The notes beneath the pieces were generated by a model. It ran no database searches, was not told the DNA's origin, and saw only the letters and a program-made list of their open reading frames with translations. From Ignavibacteria bacterium (GTDB lineage: Bacteria > Bacteroidota > Ignavibacteria > Kapaibacteriales > UBA961), in the NCBI GenBank assembly GCA_016720145.1, contig JADJXV010000007.1, positions 183,634 through 247,633 of the forward strand: DNA of 64,000 bases. The letters are read 5' to 3'. Positions 55,883-64,000 of the stretch are shown here, piece by piece. Both the position numbers and the translations under genes were made by a program. Numbering within the stretch: the stretch's first letter is position 1; each line of letters starts with the position of its first letter.

Positions 55883-58800
55883 ATGCAACGTTGGTTTCGT
55901 TTAAGCACTCTAATTATTGCGTTCGCCCTATGTGTCAGTTCGGGGTTTGCGCAACAAAAACCTCGTGTGCAGGTTGCAGGACGAATAGCCCCTAATGAGG
56001 TGCGGATATTTTTACAGGACAGTGTGTATCAAATAAGTGGTACATACACTGTAGCCGGAACATTAATTATTGAACCGGGTACGGAAGTTATATTCTTTGA
56101 TAACGGCCGACTTATAGATTCGGTTGGTGGTCGAATTATAGCTGATAGTAGGTTAAGCGCGGCATATAATGGTACATCGCCGACGTCAATTGGTTTGCTT
56201 GAGTACAATGATATGAGATATTTTCTCAGTTCATCTGTGGTGCAAGAGACAAATTACAATGAAGCTACCATACAAGGTACACTGAGTTATCCAGGTAATT
56301 TTGGTAATCCTGGAAACTATGGTAAATACAACTATATTTTTAATGTAGTTCTGGATACTATTACTAAAAAGTTAGAAAATCTTGTAAGTGGCTCAAGTTT
56401 ACCGTCCCCATCTTCTGGTAAAATTATCGTATCTCCAATGAGGGCAATAATGTTCTCATCGGCGAGACTTTGGTCTACTGATGATATCATTCGTTTTCAG
56501 CCTTGGAGAAGGTTATATGGGGTTACTCCAAATATCCCAGTTAGTGGCGCTACGAGAAGAATAGTATTTAGAGGGCAACCAATTAATGATTATTCTCGTG
56601 AATGGGGTCACATAATTATTATGCCGGGAGCAAGAGCTGCGTTTTTTAGAGATGTAGACTTCAAAGATTTTAGAAAAGATACGACGGTCGATAAAAAATA
56701 TTTATATGACACAGCTGGTGTAGCTTTAGCGGTTCAATCATCAATATTGCAGTTGAATGATGAAATGAATAAGTTGACAAATGGTGCTGGTGGTGCATTA
56801 ACAAGTTTCTCAGAAAGAACGTGGTTGTTGAACTGTACGTTTACAAACAACATAGCACGTTATCGTGCGGGTGCGTTGCAACTTTTACAAGCTCCTCGTG
56901 GGGCTGGTGTCTATCCTGACACAACTGGTTTGAATATTACAAGACAGGTGTTTCAAGATAAAAACCCGTCTTTAACTGAGAGTAATGGAAGTACTATTGA
57001 TCAGAATGTAATATCACTAAGTGAACTTGACAGATCAGTAGCTGAGCCGGCTGTTTCAATGTCAGATTCTAGGAGACAGTTGGTTGATGATGCACGTTTA
57101 GCTGTTTATCACGGTCGAATAAGACAATTGACATTTGATAATAACAGAGCGTTGCTTTCTGATGTAGACACATTGAGAATTAATGGAAATAGAGTAGTTA
57201 CTGATACTAATAGAGTCGCTGTATTGCGCAATAGTGCATGGAATAACGAAGCTTTTGGTGGTGCTTTATTAATATCGGGTCGCGATCAGGATGAAAATAG
57301 AAAAATTGAAATAGGTTTAGGTGTAAATGATAGTATTAGGACTGCAGTGGGTCCATTTGGATTTGTAAGTTTTGGAAGTAAAGATTTTATAACATTTACA
57401 AATAATTATGTACTTAACCGCCAGTCATCACCTTATTCTCGTGGTGCTAAAGGTGGTGCGTTATATATTGGTAAATATACATCAATAGTGCTGAATGGTT
57501 CTTTTAGAAATAATTATTCTGAAACACCATATCAAATTAATAGCAATAGTGAACAATATTCATTAGGTGGTGCTATTTTTCACGAAAATACTCTTGGTAG
57601 GTTGCAGTTACGAGGCAGCCCAAGTTTAGCTACTGAATTTCTAAATAATAGAGCAGGTTCTGGTGGGGCTGTGTATTGCGATGGAAATTCAGATCCGCGT
57701 CCTTCACCAATAATTGGTGGGTCGGATGTTACAAATCCAAGAATTCGTGATTATGGTCGAAGGATGACATTTGAAAATAATACAGCTATAGCTCACGGTG
57801 GAGCAGTATATACTAAAAGAAATTTAACTGTATATGGCGCTGGTGGATTTATTAATGATTTGCCGCTTGCTCAAGCATATGGAACTGGATTTAGTGTGAG
57901 ATTTGCCAATAATACCGCTGGGTATTCTGGTGGTGCGTTAGCAGTTCATTTACCAAGTATTGAACCTCCTGTTCCTATCGAACAACGATATATTAGATTG
58001 GTAAGAGCTGAGTTTAAGGATAATACAGTTGGTCAGTTGCCTGCTAGCTCAAGTTTGGAAATCGTCAAACAAATTCAAGGTGGTGGTGCTGTTTATTCTA
58101 AGAATGGCGATTTAAATGTTATAAAAGGTGTAGAGTTTAGTAATAATCGTGCATTCAATAGTAATGGTGGTGCAGTTGCGATGGTTCATCCTCGTACTTC
58201 ATCTAGAAGATTCTTTATAAGTGATGCAGATGAGTTAATGTTGTTGCCTAATGGTACAGCAATAGGGTATATGTCAAATGACAGTTTATATGATAATAGA
58301 AGAAAAACAGCAGTATCAGCTGATGTGAGAAGCCTTACAAGATTTTATAATAACATAGCTGAGCCAAATCCTGATGCTAGACTTCAAGGAAGCGGTACAA
58401 CGCAAATGTCAGCAAATAGTATTGATATTAAAAGATTTCATCCTGGATTTATAAGAGATGTACTAGGAAATGGATTGAGAGAAAATGGTGTTGGATTAGG
58501 TGGTGCTATCTATATTTTGGATAGTGTAACTCCTCAAAGAAGATTCCGTGCAGACTCTATATTTTTAAATAGAGTTCGTATACAAAACAATACAGCTTAT
58601 ACAGGATCTGCTGTCTATTCTGATAATTACGATTTAAAAGTTGTACTAACAAGATGTTTAGTAACTTCAAATAAATCTACATCGCCAGTTGGTAGAACGC
58701 AAGATGTTGTAGGAGGTCCTTATGTAACTCCCGATAATCCTGCTTCTAGCGATTTGGCGGGTGCTACATTCTATGGTGAAATAATTGGCCCTATTCCATG

Positions 58801-61800
58801 GACATCTTTCAATATAGCGGCAAACTCCATTTATGATAATGATGCTAGGTTTATTATAAGATTACCAGATGCGCCTAACTCGAAAAGCGTTCTTTCTGGT
58901 GGAACTGGTGTTGGTTTCGGTGGCGTTGATACGTTAAGAGGTAATTACTGGGGAAAAACAGAAGGAAATATTTCTACTGTGATTAAAACAAGTCAACCAG
59001 TTCCATCACCAAATGGTGGTGTGCAAGAAACGTTTTTTATTCAAGGAAATGGCAAAACGCACATGCGTTTTTTACGAGCTAACAGATCGGATGACACACA
59101 GCAAGGACCTTTTGAACAAAATGGATTCCCTGGATATGTTTATACTGCAATCCAAATTGGAAAAATTCCTGATACACTGTTAATGGCAGGAAGAATATAT
59201 GATTTCTTCGATAAAGGTACGGACATGAAAACTGCAGACTATTCTTTTAGAAGAATGTCTCCGATTGAAGATTTTTCTGTAGGAATACCTCCAAAATTAC
59301 AGCGTTATTCGAATGCTACAAAAGCATCAAACAATAAATATGTAAGAAGACTTACAAGAGATCCGTTTAGTACAGATTCTTTAAACTATGCAACTGGTCA
59401 AGAAAATATTTTGTGGAGACAATTAAGAAGGTTGCAAACAGAATTTGCTCCAGACTATAGAACTGGAGAGTTGGCACATCCTATTGGTTACCCTCTTTTC
59501 TTAGAGGCTAGAGCTAAATATCAAGGTGAGGATATTTACCAAAATAATGATGATCAAACGACAAAAAATACATCTACCTTCTTTGTTATTAATGACTCTA
59601 CTGGTGACTATATCAGAATTAATATGAGTCAATTTACTGATATTCAAACATTAAATAATGATGGAGTATATCCTAAGGAAATTTTAAGAGGCAGAGTTGA
59701 TTTTGTTTTAGATTCTGTCGAAAGAACTGGTACTAGTGCACGTGTTCGAAGAACTTATGAGGGGTTATATAATTTTGGTGGAACTGAAACATTATTGCCT
59801 AGACTCGCAGATTCAGCATTTAATGAAGATATATCGGCATTTGGTGGACGAAGATATGAATTAACAATGTCTCCCGCACTAAATAGAAGAGGAGTGTTAT
59901 ATGGAAACGGTCAGGCAGTAGTTTATTCAAATAGACCAAATATGCCCGCATCATTAGCAAGTGGTTTAGATACAATTGTGTCTTATTTTGCTGGAGAAAG
60001 ATGGAATTCTTTACCTGTAAGACCGGGTGATTATGTAAGAGTAATTTCTCGTACAGTTCTATGGAGAGATGGTGTCGATACAGCTATAGATAAAGGTCTA
60101 GGCTTCAGAATAGGTACATCAACCCCACCTCCTGTTTTTACTGGTAATAAGATAGCTTTAGAGAATCCTAAAGTAAGTCCTCAATACTTCTCATCTTATA
60201 AAAATAAAATATATTTATCAGAGGATGAAAAGTATAATAAAGCTCCAAATCCGAATATTCGTACGAGAGATTCTATCTTTGTTATATCAGCGATTGATTC
60301 AAACTTAATGTATGATCCTCGTTGGGCTATGGATATTGATTCATCTGGTAATATGCGTTCGGATACTTTGTTTAAGCGATATAACCAATTAGAATTATCT
60401 TGGTATCCATTATACGTAGGTCAATTTGGAGATACAATTCGTGATATTTTTCCAAATAAGCTTACTGCTCTACGTAGATGGATTAAAGCAGATACGATCT
60501 GGCCGACGAGAGGAACAACCACAAGAACTTCAAATCCCGTATATTTTGGAGCGCGAGGTGTGATTGAGTTGAAAGGTACCCCTTCTAATCCTTATGTCGT
60601 TCCTGGTGGTGAATGGATGGAAGTGGTGGCTAAAAATTATGCACCTACAGTAAGAACAGTAGATGCATTAAAAGGGATTGCATTAAATCCAGCAGATAGT
60701 TTATTTATAGCAGATACTTTATCAAAATTTATTTATTTGTACCCATCATATTTCCATGCACAAAGATATGATGATACTTTATTAAGTGCTCCAAGAAATG
60801 CTCGCTTTTTGAATCAAGATACCTTAAATTACGGATCATCAGATTCGTCGGTATATAGATTTATGATTTTTGTAACAGATAGTTTTCCTGTATTTTCAAG
60901 AATAGAAAGATCAAGTGCAAATTGTCAGCTCGGTACACAATCATTACTTGTTGCTAGTGTTACAGATAAATTGAGATTTTACGTTGATTTTAATACAGAT
61001 GATGAAAGAGAAGATTCAATTGCAGCCAATAACGAAGGATGGGATTTTAAATATGGTAAAACATCCTATGCTTTCTTATCAAAATCAATTCGAACAACGC
61101 CGCATGATACTGCCATAGATGAATTATACCAATTAAAACCGAATTGGATGGCAGATCAGTATATGTATGTTGAAGGTTCAGATACATCAAGAGATGTATT
61201 TGCAAATGATTTTACAACAAAAGGTGTGGTTAATATAAGAATCCCGAGAACGCAAGCTTTAGGTTTGTTAAAACCAGGAAGTGTTGCAGATCAAGCAAAT
61301 GGGGCTCTCAATACAGATACAATTATAACAATGGTAGCTAATGATGGCCATACTGGAATAAGTTATTTAACGAAGAAAGTTTTTGTTAATATATCTCCTA
61401 CAATTACTACTACAACATTAGATCGTGCAAAAGAAGATGTTGATTATAATATAGATCTTTTGAATAGACCTCGTAAAATAACCTATTCTGATCCAAACTT
61501 TGGTCAAGCTCAAACATTTAGATTGCTTTATTCAACAGATCCTGATACTACAATAGCAAAAGATCCTTGTTTTTCAGAAGCAGGTGTTTGGGATGTACGT
61601 GATATTAAGAAAACTCCAAAGTGGTTAAAAATTAATTCTGTTAGTGGTCTTTTATATGGAACTCCGGGAGTAAAAGATGCTCCACATACAGAAGCATTAG
61701 GAAATGCTGATACAGTAACTGTCGTCTTAACTGATGCTGGTGGATTGACAGATGTCAAGGTATTAATATTAAATACAGACTCTACTAATCATTCCCCAAA

Positions 61801-63043
61801 ACTTTTAGCAGCACCAGTTGTAAGGTGTATAGGTCAAGGTGATACTTACTTAGATACATTATTAGCTTTAGATTTAGATTTATTCCGAGAAAAACCATTA
61901 TGGGATAATTCTTCAAAATATGATCCTATTTTGGAAACAATTAAAATATCGGTAATTTCTCCAGTAGGTACAAATTTAGTAATTGAGCCAGCTTCAATTA
62001 CAGGTACGAAGTCTGATACATTACAAAAATTAGTTATCAAATCAAATGGTCCTTTAACAATTAATCCTGCGGACATAAAAGATGGAAAGGTAACTATAAA
62101 AATTCAGATTACGGATGATGAAATAACCAAAATATTAGAATACAAGATAAACGTTTCTGAAGCTACTGACTTTATAGTTCCTATTACAGTTGCGAATAAT
62201 GATGTACGTGGAGCATTCCAAGTACTTTATTTTGGAACTGCAAAAAATGCAACTACCGGTGAAAAGACAGGAGAGATTGGTAAATTAGATTCTAATTATT
62301 GTGAATATGAATTACCACCTGTACCACCAAGAGATGTATTTGATGCTAGATGGACAATTGCATTAACTAATGGTATAATAAGGAATATATTCCCACAAGC
62401 AGTTCCAAGAGATAATAATGTTGCAATTTATAAAGCAAGATTCCAAGCTGGTTTCATTTCAAATGGTAGTTCATCGGCTTATCCTGTTACAATTACATGG
62501 GATAGATCAGATGTTCCATCAAGAACAGATAATGCAAAAAATCCTAGTGGTGCATCGTGGTGGATTGCAGATAATACTTCTAACGGTCAGTTCTTTAAGT
62601 ATAATATGAATACAGGTATTGGACGTAATTCAGCAACGATTATAGATTATTCAGCGACTGGAACTAAATCTACTATTAGAGTAAATAAAGATGATATTGA
62701 TGGTTTTATCATTACATATGATTTTACTAGTGCAGTAGAAGAGCAACCAGTAGCTGGTATGCCAGTAGCGTTTGAATTAAGTGAAGCAAGACCTAATCCT
62801 TTTGATAATTCTACTAGCGTTATTGTTGGTGTGCCAACATCGGCTAATGTTAATATTGAAGTATATGACGCTATGGGATCTAAAGTATCTACCTTAGCAA
62901 ATAGATTCTATACTTCAGGTAGATATGAACTAACATGGAACTCAAAATCAGACAATGGTGCTGATTTAACGAGTGGTGTATATTTTGTTAAAATGACTGC
63001 AGGTGCATTCAGTACAACACAAAGATTAATGCTTGTGAAATAA
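55883..63043 (+). CDS. giant (2386 aa) secreted beta-helix/PMP-repeat adhesin-like protein with cadherin-like Ig domain and T9SS C-terminal sorting domain
   Basis: Signal peptide and GGAGG SD. Ten or more GGA(L/V/I) plus FxNN units (FLNNRAGSGGAVY, FENNTAIAHGGAVY, FANNTAGYSGGALA and others). PKWLKINSVSGLLYGTPG is a putative Ig motif. The C-terminal ...NPFDNSTSVIVGV...VEVYDAMGSKV...GVYFVKMTAG...RLMLVK is a type A T9SS CTD. Confidence 0.85.
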   Translation: MQRWFRLSTLIIAFALCVSSGFAQQKPRVQVAGRIAPNEVRIFLQDSVYQISGTYTVAGTLIIEPGTEVIFFDNGRLIDSVGGRIIADSRLSAAYNGTSPTSIGLLEYNDMRYFLSSSVVQETNYNEATIQGTLSYPGNFGNPGNYGKYNYIFNVVLDTITKKLENLVSGSSLPSPSSGKIIVSPMRAIMFSSARLWSTDDIIRFQPWRRLYGVTPNIPVSGATRRIVFRGQPINDYSREWGHIIIMPGARAAFFRDVDFKDFRKDTTVDKKYLYDTAGVALAVQSSILQLNDEMNKLTNGAGGALTSFSERTWLLNCTFTNNIARYRAGALQLLQAPRGAGVYPDTTGLNITRQVFQDKNPSLTESNGSTIDQNVISLSELDRSVAEPAVSMSDSRRQLVDDARLAVYHGRIRQLTFDNNRALLSDVDTLRINGNRVVTDTNRVAVLRNSAWNNEAFGGALLISGRDQDENRKIEIGLGVNDSIRTAVGPFGFVSFGSKDFITFTNNYVLNRQSSPYSRGAKGGALYIGKYTSIVLNGSFRNNYSETPYQINSNSEQYSLGGAIFHENTLGRLQLRGSPSLATEFLNNRAGSGGAVYCDGNSDPRPSPIIGGSDVTNPRIRDYGRRMTFENNTAIAHGGAVYTKRNLTVYGAGGFINDLPLAQAYGTGFSVRFANNTAGYSGGALAVHLPSIEPPVPIEQRYIRLVRAEFKDNTVGQLPASSSLEIVKQIQGGGAVYSKNGDLNVIKGVEFSNNRAFNSNGGAVAMVHPRTSSRRFFISDADELMLLPNGTAIGYMSNDSLYDNRRKTAVSADVRSLTRFYNNIAEPNPDARLQGSGTTQMSANSIDIKRFHPGFIRDVLGNGLRENGVGLGGAIYILDSVTPQRRFRADSIFLNRVRIQNNTAYTGSAVYSDNYDLKVVLTRCLVTSNKSTSPVGRTQDVVGGPYVTPDNPASSDLAGATFYGEIIGPIPWTSFNIAANSIYDNDARFIIRLPDAPNSKSVLSGGTGVGFGGVDTLRGNYWGKTEGNISTVIKTSQPVPSPNGGVQETFFIQGNGKTHMRFLRANRSDDTQQGPFEQNGFPGYVYTAIQIGKIPDTLLMAGRIYDFFDKGTDMKTADYSFRRMSPIEDFSVGIPPKLQRYSNATKASNNKYVRRLTRDPFSTDSLNYATGQENILWRQLRRLQTEFAPDYRTGELAHPIGYPLFLEARAKYQGEDIYQNNDDQTTKNTSTFFVINDSTGDYIRINMSQFTDIQTLNNDGVYPKEILRGRVDFVLDSVERTGTSARVRRTYEGLYNFGGTETLLPRLADSAFNEDISAFGGRRYELTMSPALNRRGVLYGNGQAVVYSNRPNMPASLASGLDTIVSYFAGERWNSLPVRPGDYVRVISRTVLWRDGVDTAIDKGLGFRIGTSTPPPVFTGNKIALENPKVSPQYFSSYKNKIYLSEDEKYNKAPNPNIRTRDSIFVISAIDSNLMYDPRWAMDIDSSGNMRSDTLFKRYNQLELSWYPLYVGQFGDTIRDIFPNKLTALRRWIKADTIWPTRGTTTRTSNPVYFGARGVIELKGTPSNPYVVPGGEWMEVVAKNYAPTVRTVDALKGIALNPADSLFIADTLSKFIYLYPSYFHAQRYDDTLLSAPRNARFLNQDTLNYGSSDSSVYRFMIFVTDSFPVFSRIERSSANCQLGTQSLLVASVTDKLRFYVDFNTDDEREDSIAANNEGWDFKYGKTSYAFLSKSIRTTPHDTAIDELYQLKPNWMADQYMYVEGSDTSRDVFANDFTTKGVVNIRIPRTQALGLLKPGSVADQANGALNTDTIITMVANDGHTGISYLTKKVFVNISPTITTTTLDRAKEDVDYNIDLLNRPRKITYSDPNFGQAQTFRLLYSTDPDTTIAKDPCFSEAGVWDVRDIKKTPKWLKINSVSGLLYGTPGVKDAPHTEALGNADTVTVVLTDAGGLTDVKVLILNTDSTNHSPKLLAAPVVRCIGQGDTYLDTLLALDLDLFREKPLWDNSSKYDPILETIKISVISPVGTNLVIEPASITGTKSDTLQKLVIKSNGPLTINPADIKDGKVTIKIQITDDEITKILEYKINVSEATDFIVPITVANNDVRGAFQVLYFGTAKNATTGEKTGEIGKLDSNYCEYELPPVPPRDVFDARWTIALTNGIIRNIFPQAVPRDNNVAIYKARFQAGFISNGSSSAYPVTITWDRSDVPSRTDNAKNPSGASWWIADNTSNGQFFKYNMNTGIGRNSATIIDYSATGTKSTIRVNKDDIDGFIITYDFTSAVEEQPVAGMPVAFELSEARPNPFDNSTSVIVGVPTSANVNIEVYDAMGSKVSTLANRFYTSGRYELTWNSKSDNGADLTSGVYFVKMTAGAFSTTQRLMLVK

Positions 63044-63049
63044 CATATT

Positions 63050-63080
63050 AATGGTCGACTATCCAAAGTAGTCGACCATT
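63050..63080 (+). terminator. strong hairpin after the giant gene
   Basis: AATGGTCGACTA / TAGTCGACCATT, a 12-bp perfect stem with a 7-nt loop, followed by an A/T-rich TATAAA rather than a clean T-run. Confidence 0.55.
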
Positions 63081-63130
63081 TATAAACCAACGTGAAAAAT
63101 TATTTTAGAACAAAAACATCAGGAGTCTCT

Positions 63131-64000
63131 ATGAATTATAGAAATATATTTTCAGCGTTGATAGCATTTACAATTTTAGTTGTGCTTTCATCGCCGCAAT
63201 TGGAAGCGCAAAGAATTTATGATGAATTCGATGCGCCAGTAATAAACTCAGGTAAACTATATATGGATTATAGTACTTCACCTGTTTCATTCTCTGATAG
63301 ATATATCGGACCATCATTGGTGAACAATTCACCATATTTAGAAAATACGAATTCTTCCAGGGTTATAATACCAGTAACTGCAGCTGATTATGATGCAGGG
63401 ATGTTTCCTGTAGTATTGCCATTTACTATACAGTATAATGGTACTACTTATCCTGCTAATTCTAGTTTATGGGTTTCGGTTAATGGATTTGTTCAAGTAG
63501 GATCTGTATCAAATCCTTATCCATCATACTCAGGAAATAATTCTGCTGATATGTTTTCTGCCAACACTTCATTACCTGCAAATATCATAGCTCCATATTG
63601 GGGAAATCACAGTTATCAAACATCTGTTGTTGGAAAAGAATCTGAATTATCTTGGCAAGTTTATGATGCTTTACCAAAAAGAAGAATAGTAATTCAATGG
63701 AAAAACCTAAGTGTTAATATAAAAGGTATACCAAGTGATTTGACTAGTTTAGCAAATTTCCAATTAATACTTTGGGAAAGACAAGTTCCAACATCATTTG
63801 ATGCTTTACCAGGTTCGGTTAACACGCAAAATGATATTGATTTCTCCTATGGAAATTTTGGAGGTAATGGATCAGTAGACCCTAGTTACTATAATGGAGC
63901 AAGTGTTGGACTTAAAGGTTCTAATGGTATATATTTGAATGGGTTAACATATAATAACCCTGCTTTAGCCAAAACATCAACTATACAAACTTCATTTTGG
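63131..64000 (+). CDS. secreted hypothetical protein, 3'-truncated by the window end
   Basis: AGGAG at 63121 and ATG at 63131. Signal peptide MNYRNIFSALIAFTILVVLSSPQLEAQ. I translated it to position 64000 and found no stop. It is absent from the ORF track because it is open-ended. Confidence 0.6.
   Translation, partial: MNYRNIFSALIAFTILVVLSSPQLEAQRIYDEFDAPVINSGKLYMDYSTSPVSFSDRYIGPSLVNNSPYLENTNSSRVIIPVTAADYDAGMFPVVLPFTIQYNGTTYPANSSLWVSVNGFVQVGSVSNPYPSYSGNNSADMFSANTSLPANIIAPYWGNHSYQTSVVGKESELSWQVYDALPKRRIVIQWKNLSVNIKGIPSDLTSLANFQLILWERQVPTSFDALPGSVNTQNDIDFSYGNFGGNGSVDPSYYNGASVGLKGSNGIYLNGLTYNNPALAKTSTIQTSFW

Overview
This 64-kb chromosomal segment is mostly housekeeping genes. Gene content suggests an FCB-group bacterium (Ignavibacteria/Chlorobi/Bacteroidota-like): a T9SS C-terminal sorting domain, GWxTD and DUF1573 proteins, a split transketolase, and visible Shine-Dalgarno sites. 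Recognisable genes are a comB-like phosphatase, an MsbA-like ABC exporter, rpsF-rplI (no rpsR), a 2-oxoacid dehydrogenase E2 plus a distant fused E1 alpha/beta, two cyclophilins, a rhodanese, adenine deaminase, CCA-adding enzyme, metG, an M28 peptidase, ruvX, a Cys/Met PLP enzyme, xerC/D, split tkt, pepF, thiamine pyrophosphokinase, anmK, an ftsE-like gene, dapB, mnmG, mnmE, birA, a BamA-family protein, gatB, ilvE and a 2386-aa PMP-repeat T9SS cargo protein. I saw no CRISPR array, rRNA, prophage or recognisable known defence system, and I could not identify a convincing multi-gene novel system. Things worth a second look: (1) a ~700-bp tract of almost pure G/C homopolymers with a T23 run next to xerC, which is either an assembly artefact or a very unusual non-B-DNA island; (2) a cluster of DnaA-box-like 9-mers in an AT-rich 380-bp gap, a candidate oriC 6-9 kb from mnmG/mnmE; (3) at least three intergenic repeat families plus a MITE-like palindromic element; (4) a high density of interrupted genes, from in-frame TAA/TGA codons and homopolymer frameshifts; (5) a tRNA-Arg(ACG)-like sequence whose acceptor stem does not close; (6) two AT-rich islets, one with an ORC/Cdc6-like AAA+ ATPase and a decayed methyltransferase, the other with a DUF3800 gene; (7) a lipoprotein gene translationally coupled inside the split transketolase operon. 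All family assignments come from motifs read by eye; no searches were run.
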